DNA of 64,000 nucleotides from a virus: IMG/VR virus record IMGVR_UViG_3300031974_003701, positions 2,585 to 66,584 of that record; one strand, 5' to 3'. Shown piece by piece: positions 10,355 to 17,937 of this stretch (position 1 is its first letter; each line of letters starts with the position of its first letter). The notes under the pieces were generated by a model. It saw only the letters and a program-made list of their open reading frames with translations, ran no database searches and was not told where the DNA came from. The position numbers and the translations under genes were made by a program.

Positions 10355-10502
10355 ATTATACTAAAAAGAATACATAATAATGCAGTTTTGGTCACTACGT
10401 TTTAAGCTGTACTACTTAAATCCAATTTATTAACTACTAGTTAGTACAATATGCATAAGGTAGTTATGCTTCGTTAATAGAAAATTATGTATTCATTATA
10501 AT
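10355..10502 (-). other. Multi-stem structured element (candidate ncRNA)
   Basis: 11-bp closing stem GAATACATAAT/ATTATGTATTC enclosing three hairpins: GCATAA/TTATGC, TGTACTA/TAGTACA and GTAGT-GACCAAA-ACTGC. Confidence 0.45.
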
Positions 10503-10507
10503 ATAAT

Positions 10508-10614
10508 TGGTGCAACTTACTGGTTTCGAACCAATATTTTATCTATAGATTCAAGGTTGCGCACCCATTAGACCTAATCATTGATAAAGTTTTTTCCATT
10601 TAAACTAAAGTCGC
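10508..10614 (-). ncRNA. tRNA-like RNA with extended anticodon arm; G3:U70 and A73; encoded CCA
   Basis: Acceptor GCGACTT/AAGTTGC-A-CCA, D arm GTTT/AAAC with GG, T arm ATTGG-TTCGAAA-CCAGT; 39 nt instead of 7 between TTATC and GATAA. Confidence 0.75.
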
Positions 10615-10620
10615 ATATGT

Positions 10621-10694
10621 TGGCTAAGGCACAGAGAATCGAACTCTGATATTCAGTTTTGGAGACTGACGCTTTACCATTAAGCTATACCCTA
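10621..10694 (-). tRNA. tRNA-Trp (CCA)
   Basis: Cloverleaf; anticodon arm TCAGT-CTCCAAA-ACTGA; TTCGATT T loop; encoded CCA end. Confidence 0.92.
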
Positions 10695-10702
10695 AAAAAT
10701 TA

Positions 10703-10778
10703 TGGTGACAAGTGTTGGAATCGAACCAACTTCTATGGATTTTCAGTCCACTGTTATGACCACATCAGCTAACTTGTC
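10703..10778 (-). tRNA. tRNA-Phe (GAA)
   Basis: Acceptor GACAAGT/ACTTGTC-A-CCA; anticodon arm GTGGA-CTGAAAA-TCCAT; T loop TTCGATT. Confidence 0.9.
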
Positions 10779-10783
10779 ATGAA

Positions 10784-10883
10784 CTGGGATAGTAGGATTT
10801 GAACCTACCCTCCTAACATATTGTATTAAAACTATTTACTAGAAAAATAAATATGTTATGTGCTTCCACTACACTATATCCCA
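10784..10883 (-). ncRNA. tRNA-like RNA with extended anticodon arm; Gln-type acceptor stem; no encoded CCA
   Basis: Acceptor TGGGATA/TATCCCA-G, D arm GTGT-AGTGGAA-GCAC, T arm GTAGG-TTCAAAT-CCTAC; anticodon stem extended to TAACATATT/AATATGTTA with further internal pairing. Confidence 0.72.
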
Positions 10884-10894
10884 ATAAAAATAAT

Positions 10895-10971
10895 TGGTCT
10901 GGACTAAAGGATTTGAACCTTTGACTTCTACGTTCCAAACATAGCATTCTACCAAACTGAGTTAAGCCCAG
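10895..10971 (-). tRNA. tRNA-Pro (TGG)
   Basis: Acceptor CTGGGCT/AGTCCAG-A-CCA; anticodon arm CTATG-TTTGGAA-CGTAG; T loop TTCAAAT. Confidence 0.9.
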
Positions 10972-10978
10972 ATTATAT

Positions 10979-11017
10979 AAGGTAAACACAGTAAAACTAA
11001 AAACCTGTGTTTACCTT
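10979..11017 (-). terminator. 13-bp hairpin between the replication operon and the tRNA cluster (terminator or processing site)
   Basis: AAGGTAAACACAG...CTGTGTTTACCTT perfect inverted repeat. Confidence 0.5.
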
Positions 11018-11043
11018 TATACAATAATATGAAAGACTAAATA

Positions 11044-11313
11044 TTATTGTATATCTTGTTTAAATCGTTTTAAAGCATTAGCTAATTTAATGGAGCCAAT
11101 ATGTGCTCTGTCTAATTGTTCTTTCCATAAAGCTGTTTCAAACTTTTTAGTATCGTCTGAACAATTATCCCACAATTCACTAACTTTAGAAGTAAAGTTA
11201 TATAAATGTTGTTTGACTACTGCTTCAACAGAAGCCATTCCACCTAGTTTATAAGCAGAAGTTAACTCTCTGTATATAACATCTTCAAATTCAGGAGCAT
11301 TAGAATAAGTCAT
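11044..11313 (-). CDS. Hypothetical protein
   Basis: 89-aa ORF in operon, overlapping the upstream stop. Confidence 0.6.
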   Translation of the reverse strand: MTYSNAPEFEDVIYRELTSAYKLGGMASVEAVVKQHLYNFTSKVSELWDNCSDDTKKFETALWKEQLDRAHIGSIKLANALKRFKQDIQ

Positions 11314-11485
11314 TTTTATCTTCTGGTTTATTATTTAATAAATGATATATAGCTAAGCATATTATTATAAAAAATACAATAGGTATTATTAATACACCTG
11401 CTACCATAAATGCTATTACTAATGCACAAATTATTCCTGATATAAAAATTGCTTTTATTAAACGACTAATTTTGTGCATCAGCAA
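11300..11485 (-). CDS. Small membrane protein
   Basis: 61 aa with a long hydrophobic stretch; downstream of SSB in the same operon. Confidence 0.65.
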   Translation of the reverse strand: MLMHKISRLIKAIFISGIICALVIAFMVAGVLIIPIVFFIIICLAIYHLLNNKPEDKNDLF

Positions 11486-11729
11486 ATGGATTAGAAGGGT
11501 TTAATGTAACTGGTTCTTCTGTATCATTTGGCTCAATGATTTCTGTTTTAGGTAATGCTTCTTTTTCTACAATAGTAAAAGATAAAGCACTTTCAGTGTT
11601 TTCACTACGAGATTTTTTAAAAGAGACTTCACCAACTTCTTGGTCTGGAGAAATATTGAATTGTTTTACTACAATTTCTTGTAGTAAAACTTGCAACTCT
11701 TTTCCAGTAATTTCTACTTGAATTGCCAT
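11466..11729 (-). CDS. Hypothetical protein
   Basis: 87-aa acidic ORF immediately after SSB. Confidence 0.65.
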   Translation of the reverse strand: MAIQVEITGKELQVLLQEIVVKQFNISPDQEVGEVSFKKSRSENTESALSFTIVEKEALPKTEIIEPNDTEEPVTLNPSNPFADAQN

Positions 11730-11732
11730 TGA

Positions 11733-12512
11733 TTAATTTCCTTGTGCTGCTGCTTGTGCAAATACGTTATCAGGAGCTGCTGTAGCTGTCTGAGTTGTAT
11801 TAGATGCAGTTGTTGTTTTTACGTTAGCTGTGGCTTTAGAAGAACGATCATTAACTTGACCTTGATTTTTATCTAACCACGTCTGCATAAATGTAGCAGG
11901 TTTTTCTGATTTAATTTCTGTTTGTGTTTTATCAGAATCTTTATCAAAGAAATGCTGAATTTCGTTAGTTTCAAATGTTTCACCAGTTGGTTCGTAGTTA
12001 CCAGTTTGATCATTTTTAACTGTTTTATCTTCTTTATTAAGACTAATGGCAACTTTAACTGTTTTGTTAATAAGATCAACAAATACAGGTACTTGTGTAT
12101 CTACTTCGCCTTGAGCGTCTTTATTATAGATTTTAACTAATTTAAGTTGAATATCTGTTTGAGGGATTTCTTGACCTAAAACAATAGATGTAAGTGAGTT
12201 TACAAGTGGATAATGACTGAATGGTTTCTTTTCACCTTTATCTGTTAGTTCAGGTTGACCTGTTTCTTTATCGCATTTATAAGCTTTACCAAATTTATTC
12301 ATTACCCACATACGACGGAATTTATAAGCTTTACCGTCAATATCTAGTTCAAGATTAAATTCTTTAGTTTTAGTAGATGTTTCTGTAATAAAAGCTTGTT
12401 TAATGATTGCTGTATATACATCACTTGGTAATGTATAAGAACCACCAATAACATCTTTAGTTGTTACATTTGTTAATTCTGATGCGCCTGCATCTGAAAA
12501 GATATTTTGCAT
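11733..12512 (-). CDS. Single-stranded DNA-binding protein (N4 gp45-like)
   Basis: D.IGG...LPSDVY.A.IK.A N-terminus, F...WL.KN.G.V.DRS and Ala/Thr-rich tail typical of N4-like SSB; gene order. Confidence 0.85.
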   Translation of the reverse strand: MQNIFSDAGASELTNVTTKDVIGGSYTLPSDVYTAIIKQAFITETSTKTKEFNLELDIDGKAYKFRRMWVMNKFGKAYKCDKETGQPELTDKGEKKPFSHYPLVNSLTSIVLGQEIPQTDIQLKLVKIYNKDAQGEVDTQVPVFVDLINKTVKVAISLNKEDKTVKNDQTGNYEPTGETFETNEIQHFFDKDSDKTQTEIKSEKPATFMQTWLDKNQGQVNDRSSKATANVKTTTASNTTQTATAAPDNVFAQAAAQGN

Positions 12513-12538
12513 ATTTAATTCCTTCTTTTTATGCTTAA

Positions 12539-13249
12539 TTAATAATTATCTAAGGCATCTATTAATAGAGCCATATTGTTGTCAATGTACGTTGGATCAC
12601 CTTCAAATAAATCTTCTGGCATACGTACTTTTTCATTAGGAAATTCTTTAGTTTTACCTAATTGGTATACATACTTAACACCTAATTCTTTCTCTTTTGG
12701 AGTAAAAGTTAAGTTAGGATTAACATATTTTTCTAATTTAGAAATGTTCATGGTTTTTGTAGTAACAATATTTTGAACAAAAGCTTCAATACCAATGTCT
12801 TTAGTAGAGCCTTTAATTGGTATTTTAAATTCATATTCTTGCGAATGTTCATTATAAACTTTGTTTACATGCGCTAATACAATTACATTTTTGTTAGATT
12901 TTTTAAATACATCTACAAAAAGTTTACGTACATCCATACCAAAATCGTTCCAAAAAGCTAACCCATTTTTGTATTGTTTTTGATAAGTATCTACGTAATG
13001 ATTAAACCAAAATGTTACAGTATCTAAAATAAAAGTATGGTATTCATCATTAGCTTCAAATTGTTCAAAGATTGAAAATATATGCTTAGGATCAGTCATA
13101 TTATAAACAAAAGCATTATTCTTAAATGGTAGTTTATTATTACCATCTACGTTAGCATAGAATACACCTTTACGCTGGCATAATTCCTTTAATGATCTGG
13201 TTTTACCTGTATTGGTTTCACCAGTTACCATAATTAAATTATTGCTCAT
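12539..13249 (-). CDS. Sak4-like AAA ATPase (N4 gp44-like)
   Basis: Walker A GETNTGKT, Walker B FILDT, VLAH, GIEAF, YIDNN; between primase and SSB; start placed at MSNNLIM. Confidence 0.85.
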   Translation of the reverse strand: MSNNLIMVTGETNTGKTRSLKELCQRKGVFYANVDGNNKLPFKNNAFVYNMTDPKHIFSIFEQFEANDEYHTFILDTVTFWFNHYVDTYQKQYKNGLAFWNDFGMDVRKLFVDVFKKSNKNVIVLAHVNKVYNEHSQEYEFKIPIKGSTKDIGIEAFVQNIVTTKTMNISKLEKYVNPNLTFTPKEKELGVKYVYQLGKTKEFPNEKVRMPEDLFEGDPTYIDNNMALLIDALDNY

Positions 13250-15383
13250 TAAATTTCCTTGCAATAGTTTTTAAAATTGTTGATTTAATTTCGTTTTCAG
13301 AAAGAGGTTTAGTTAACTGTTTATTTAGATTAAATACAGCTTTTTCTAAAGAGGGGTAGTCATACTGACCACTGTCTTTAAGCATTAAGGCATATCTAAT
13401 TAAATTTTGATTTCTATTACCTTCTTTCATTTTTAACACAAACCACTTATCAACAGAAGACAAGTTAGTGAGTTTTGATAATTCTTGATTTAAATCATTA
13501 TTACGTGATGTTTTAGGAATAAACCTAATTGGATCAAATAATTCTGCTTCATTAAACCAATAATTATCTGTTTGGTTAGATAACCATTTTTTTGATCGTT
13601 GATTACCTGAGTCATCAATATCAAATGGAAGAAATTCAATTATATTATTATAAAATTGTTTATAATCTTTTGATGAAAGATTAAGAATATACTTAATAGG
13701 TAAAACTAATCTGCATCTATGATTTTCATCAGTATGTCTTTTAGTTGTATACATAAAATAAGTATAATCAGACATAATGTCTTTAATAGTATCTATTTTA
13801 ATATTTTTATCTAAATCCAGTACTAATAGATTAAATCCAGTATTAACGTATTCCTCTCTTCTATGGTTATTCTTAAAAGTATGTGTAGTCCAATGAGCAT
13901 TGTTAGTTTCAGTTACGTTTTTAAAAAATTTAAACTTAAAATCTTTATAACCTGTGTAATTATATGCTTCATGGTTACTAACTGATACAATTAACTTATC
14001 TAAATTAGTTTCTTCTAGCTTTGATCCAGAAAAGAATTGAATATTATCTAAAGTTTCTTGTTTAATAATAACATTATTTTTATAACCCCAAGATACAGCT
14101 AAATCTAACATTTCTTTACGTTTAACAGCACTATCTTTGTAGAATGGTAACTGTTCATGTAAATCTGCATGAGTAAGCGGATGTTTACTATCTGCAATAT
14201 GTTTAGCTAATTTAACATAAGCTGAATCAGTTGATAAAATTTTATCAAAATGATCACCACTAATTTCAGTTAAATGTATAGCTTGTTTAAGATTTTCTTC
14301 TGTGATGGTTCCAGAACCATCTAAAAAAGCGTAAGTACCTGCTAATTTAATGGCTTTAAAGTATCTATTGATAAGTTCTGCACGTTTAATAGTAGCAGAT
14401 TCAGGTAAATCTTCTGCTAATTTTTCACAGTACATTTTATACTCAATAAGCTTAATACCTATATTATCTGTGAGTATAATTACTTTTTTATGGTTTTCAA
14501 CATTTGCTAAAGATGTAAAGAAATCTCTCCATTTAGAAGATAACTCTTTATTTGTTTTAGAAGTTAACTTAGCATACACCTCTTCTGGGGTCATATTATT
14601 AGATACATTGGGCTTAAAACCAAATGTATAGAAACACCTTCTACTGTAACCAGTTTCTAATAGTTCATAAAAATCTTGTTCTGTTTTAGCACCATCTAAT
14701 AACTTATTAGTAGTTCCAAACATTAAAAGATTAGCAGGAGTAGCACCATTTCTTTCAGGAGTACGTTTATTAGAATCACTTTGTTTAGTAATTTTTGGTT
14801 TAACTAAACCCATGTCATATAATTCTAAGAAAGTATTTAATACTTCATTAGCTCTACCTAAATTTGATCCAAATTCATCAATTTGTAGATTGATTGAACC
14901 AATATCAGCTAGAATATATTTATCTCTTAACTGTTTAGTTGCAGGAGCAGAACCATCATCAAAAGCAAAGTATGGTGGGCCTAGCCTAATAAATTCACTA
15001 TCAAGTTTCTGTTTTTCCTCCTCTACATCACTGTTATTTTTAACAGCTAATTGTGTAGCTAATTCGAATAAATTATTATCAGCTACAGCAGGAAATACAT
15101 CTTGTAAAAATTTCTCTTTAAAACCCCCAATAAATTCTTTTTCAATAGTAGTAACAGAAGTACCTTTACCAAAACCACTTGTAGCAAGTGCAATAGTGTA
15201 ATTATTTACAGGAATATCACCAGTAAAATTAGTACGTACAACTGTACTCATACAACTTGCTAATTTTGTAATAAAATAAGCTGTGATAATATTGAAAAAA
15301 TCAGTATTATCCATATTTTTTTTATCAGCTAAAATTTTACCAATTTCTTCTACTGATTGGTGATGTTTATATAAATAAGTCAT
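13239..15383 (-). CDS. DNA primase (N4 gp43-like, with P-loop and C-terminal PriCT region)
   Basis: ATSGFGKG P-loop, IDEFGSNL, LLVLDLD, YTTKRH, EGNRNQNL...PLSENEI. Confidence 0.88.
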   Translation of the reverse strand: MTYLYKHHQSVEEIGKILADKKNMDNTDFFNIITAYFITKLASCMSTVVRTNFTGDIPVNNYTIALATSGFGKGTSVTTIEKEFIGGFKEKFLQDVFPAVADNNLFELATQLAVKNNSDVEEEKQKLDSEFIRLGPPYFAFDDGSAPATKQLRDKYILADIGSINLQIDEFGSNLGRANEVLNTFLELYDMGLVKPKITKQSDSNKRTPERNGATPANLLMFGTTNKLLDGAKTEQDFYELLETGYSRRCFYTFGFKPNVSNNMTPEEVYAKLTSKTNKELSSKWRDFFTSLANVENHKKVIILTDNIGIKLIEYKMYCEKLAEDLPESATIKRAELINRYFKAIKLAGTYAFLDGSGTITEENLKQAIHLTEISGDHFDKILSTDSAYVKLAKHIADSKHPLTHADLHEQLPFYKDSAVKRKEMLDLAVSWGYKNNVIIKQETLDNIQFFSGSKLEETNLDKLIVSVSNHEAYNYTGYKDFKFKFFKNVTETNNAHWTTHTFKNNHRREEYVNTGFNLLVLDLDKNIKIDTIKDIMSDYTYFMYTTKRHTDENHRCRLVLPIKYILNLSSKDYKQFYNNIIEFLPFDIDDSGNQRSKKWLSNQTDNYWFNEAELFDPIRFIPKTSRNNDLNQELSKLTNLSSVDKWFVLKMKEGNRNQNLIRYALMLKDSGQYDYPSLEKAVFNLNKQLTKPLSENEIKSTILKTIARKFNEQ

Positions 15384-15396
15384 TGTTTCTCTTTAA

Positions 15397-16365
15397 TTAA
15401 TCAGGAAAAAATTCCTTTCTTTGTTTACAGATACTATAAGCATTACAGTAATGACACGCTTTAGGTTTATCTTTTTTCTCAACAATAAAACCAGTACCTT
15501 TAGAACCTAAATATGCATTGGCTTCTATTAAACTGTCAAAGTTTTTTGAAGCTCTTGCATTACTTTTTTTAGTAAAATATTGATACTTTGGTTCAGGTAT
15601 CCATAATTCTTTATCTGTACAAACCATATCTTGTACATTTGTACTTTCAAAATACTCTAAATCGTTTAAACGTTTTACAATATAAGCTTCAGTTTCTTCT
15701 AAAGAATATAATTCTATTTCTTGTGTTTTAATAGAAGCTTCTGGGTACAGAAACTGTTCTTTATTATCTAAAGAAAACTTATTTTCTAACCGTTGTTGTT
15801 CTGCTTTTTCAGCAAGAGAAGCTTTCCAATCACTAAAAACATAGTGAATTAACATTGTTGACTTAGTGATTAGTTCTGGGTTAAGCCATCTATAAATAGA
15901 ACCTTGAAGCTTATAATCTTCAAACTTATTTTGAGAAGTATATGTAAAAGTAGATGTAGTTTTAATATCACATAATTGACCATTAAAGATTTGATCTACT
16001 TGTCCTGAAATAACAACATTATTAATTTCCCTGAAATACCTTTTTTCTAAATAAACGATATTTCTTGTTTCAGGGAAAGTAATTTCAGTTGGGTTAATAA
16101 GATTATTTATGTCATTACGTAAAGCTTTTTCAATACTATCATGAATTGCTGTACCTCTACGTGAAGCCACAAACTCACTAATATCTTTAGTCAAATTATC
16201 AACTTGCTTAGATAATAATTGTTGTTTGATTGGTTTAATTAATGAAGTAGTACTCATTAATTTTTTATCAGGAAATAGGTCACTACCATTAGAGTATTCA
16301 TCTGATTGTAACCATGTTTTCAAAATAGGGTGCAGATTATGTTTATTTGAGTATGTTATATTCAT
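15397..16365 (-). CDS. PD-(D/E)xK exonuclease (N4 gp42-like)
   Basis: GTAIHDSIE, ISGQVD...DIKTTS, QGSIYRWLNP, C-terminal CHYC..C. Confidence 0.85.
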   Translation of the reverse strand: MNITYSNKHNLHPILKTWLQSDEYSNGSDLFPDKKLMSTTSLIKPIKQQLLSKQVDNLTKDISEFVASRRGTAIHDSIEKALRNDINNLINPTEITFPETRNIVYLEKRYFREINNVVISGQVDQIFNGQLCDIKTTSTFTYTSQNKFEDYKLQGSIYRWLNPELITKSTMLIHYVFSDWKASLAEKAEQQRLENKFSLDNKEQFLYPEASIKTQEIELYSLEETEAYIVKRLNDLEYFESTNVQDMVCTDKELWIPEPKYQYFTKKSNARASKNFDSLIEANAYLGSKGTGFIVEKKDKPKACHYCNAYSICKQRKEFFPD

Positions 16366-16366
16366 A

Positions 16367-16594
16367 CTAAAATTCTTTTAATATATTTCTAGCTTTATTT
16401 AGCTTTTTCACTAAATACAGCAAGTTATTAAGTTCAGAAGTTAGATTATTAACTGTACCCGTATCTCTACTACCATAATTTAAACCGTAAGCAGTTACTT
16501 TTTCAGAAGCTTCATAAATAGTATCAAATATTACTTTAGCTTCTTTCATCGTTTTGTTAAATCTTTTTAATTGATCTTTGTTTTTATCATTCAT
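16367..16594 (-). CDS. Hypothetical protein
   Basis: 75-aa ORF coupled by ATGA overlap to the polymerase C-terminal cistron. Confidence 0.6.
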   Translation of the reverse strand: MNDKNKDQLKRFNKTMKEAKVIFDTIYEASEKVTAYGLNYGSRDTGTVNNLTSELNNLLYLVKKLNKARNILKEF

Positions 16595-17369
16595 TGTATG
16601 TGTTCCTTAAATTTATTTACAATTTCTTGCTTAGAAATATAATTATCTAATGTGCATGGTTCAGCCCAAGAAGGATAGTAAATATCTAATTCACCTCCTA
16701 ATTTAATATCTGGATCAGATATATTAGGATCTTCTTGCCATTCCATACATTTGATATAAGTGTCATTAACAAATTTAATGACATCTGTATTTGCTTTAAT
16801 AGCAAAGTATCCTGCATCATGAATTTGAGCCATAGGACGTATATCATATTTATATTTAGATTTACGAACTATTTTCATAAATTCTGAAAAAGCTCTGCTA
16901 TTTAAAAGGCCGTAAGACTGGCCTATAGCATTTCCAATAGTTCTTCCTTCTGCTGATGCAAGAATAGGAGTAGATTTACTTTTTAAAATAACTTGTTTAA
17001 GAATTGGTGTTCTAATACGTAAACCAAAAGCCACTTCTATATATCCTTTTTTAGAAGCAGTATATATTTTATCTTCTGTATATTTAATAGTAGCTTTATA
17101 AAGTTCTTTGTATCTTTGTTCAATTTTTTTAGCAGTATCTAAAGATAAACCTAAGTTTTTATGTAATGTGTGTGCGGTACCTTGATACGTATTTAATATA
17201 CCCCTCTACCGAAGCAGAGGGGTTATATCGTGCAAGCAAAAGTAACGTTTTTACTCGCTTGTCTAAGGTCTCCATGTTTATCTTTTATTGAATTAATACG
17301 TGTTACATTATGCTCTTTAACAGAACATTCTGTGATTTCATCTATTGTACTTTCTATTGTTAATACCAT
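16591..17369 (-). CDS. DNA polymerase A, C-terminal subunit; predicted join 17369-17229 + 17187-16591 across a 41-nt coding gap (245 aa)
   Basis: ATG at 17369 gives MVLTIE...RINSIKDKHGDLRQASKNVTFACT; the sequence resumes in another frame as YQGTAHTLHKNLG...VAFGLRIRTP...GNAIGQSYGLLN...QIHDA (motif C). Joining restores motif B RQASKNVTFACTYQG. Confidence 0.85.
17188..17231 (-). other. Putative translational bypass element (take-off ACG, ATA-TAA, UUCG hairpin, landing ACG)
   Basis: ACG ATATAACCCCTCTGCTTCGGTAGAGGGGTATATTAAAT ACG; matched codons 41 nt apart; stop codons in both relevant frames. Confidence 0.75.
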
Positions 17370-17937
17370 TTATTTTAGCTCTTTCTAATTTCTGTTGCCA
17401 AAGTGACTCATTAAGCTCATTTTCTAAACCTATTTCTTTTGCTATTTGCCTTAATTTAGTTGAAAGAAAAGGTATTTTATAAGGTACTCTTTTGGACAAA
17501 GATTTATATGACTCTCCTGCTATTACATCTTGTAAACAAGTTATAAACTCGTCTCTAGTAAGTCGGTTAGTATATGTAGTTAATCCAGTTTGTATTGCGT
17601 GTTGACTGTTTTCTTTTGATGTTACCCATTCTAAGTTATTTAAGTTATTATTTTGTCTATCACCATCTTTATGATTAATTTCAGGCTTATTTAAAGGATT
17701 TGGTATAAAATGTTGCGCTAACAATCGGTGTATATAATGCCAAGTTCCTTTATTATTTTTCCATAAAGAAACTTGATAATACCCTGTTTGTTTGTTTGGT
17801 ATAGCTTTTATTATCTTACCTTTTCTAGGGTATTCAAGACCATCTTTACCAACAACAATTCTATCTACAGAATACACTGTACCGTTTGAATTTATACAGT
17901 AAAATCCTTCGTATCCTTTAATTTTTGATGTATGCAT
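17338..17937 (-). mobile_element. Free-standing NUMOD4-HNH homing endonuclease gene inserted in the DNA polymerase gene
   Basis: IKGYEGFYCINSNGTVYS (NUMOD4); HRLLAQHFIPNP..KPEINHKDGDRQNN..NNLEWVT..EN..HA (HNH); likely start MHTSK with SD GGAG; overlaps both polymerase cistrons. Confidence 0.9.

Noticed and set aside
10508-10883. Canonical intron-containing tRNAs or tmRNA
   Set aside because: The inserts are too short for self-splicing introns, no plausible 7-nt anticodon loop is regenerated, and there is no tag reading frame or pseudoknot region.
16591-17034. ORF-track start at GTG (MAFGLR) for the polymerase C-terminal piece
   Set aside because: Polymerase homology continues 51 codons further upstream in the same frame, to YQG of motif B.
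17188-17228. Simple frameshift, sequencing indel or terminator explaining the polymerase break
   Set aside because: The break is a discrete 41-nt hairpin between duplicated ACG codons, both relevant frames contain stops, and no U-tract follows the stem. A read check is still advisable.
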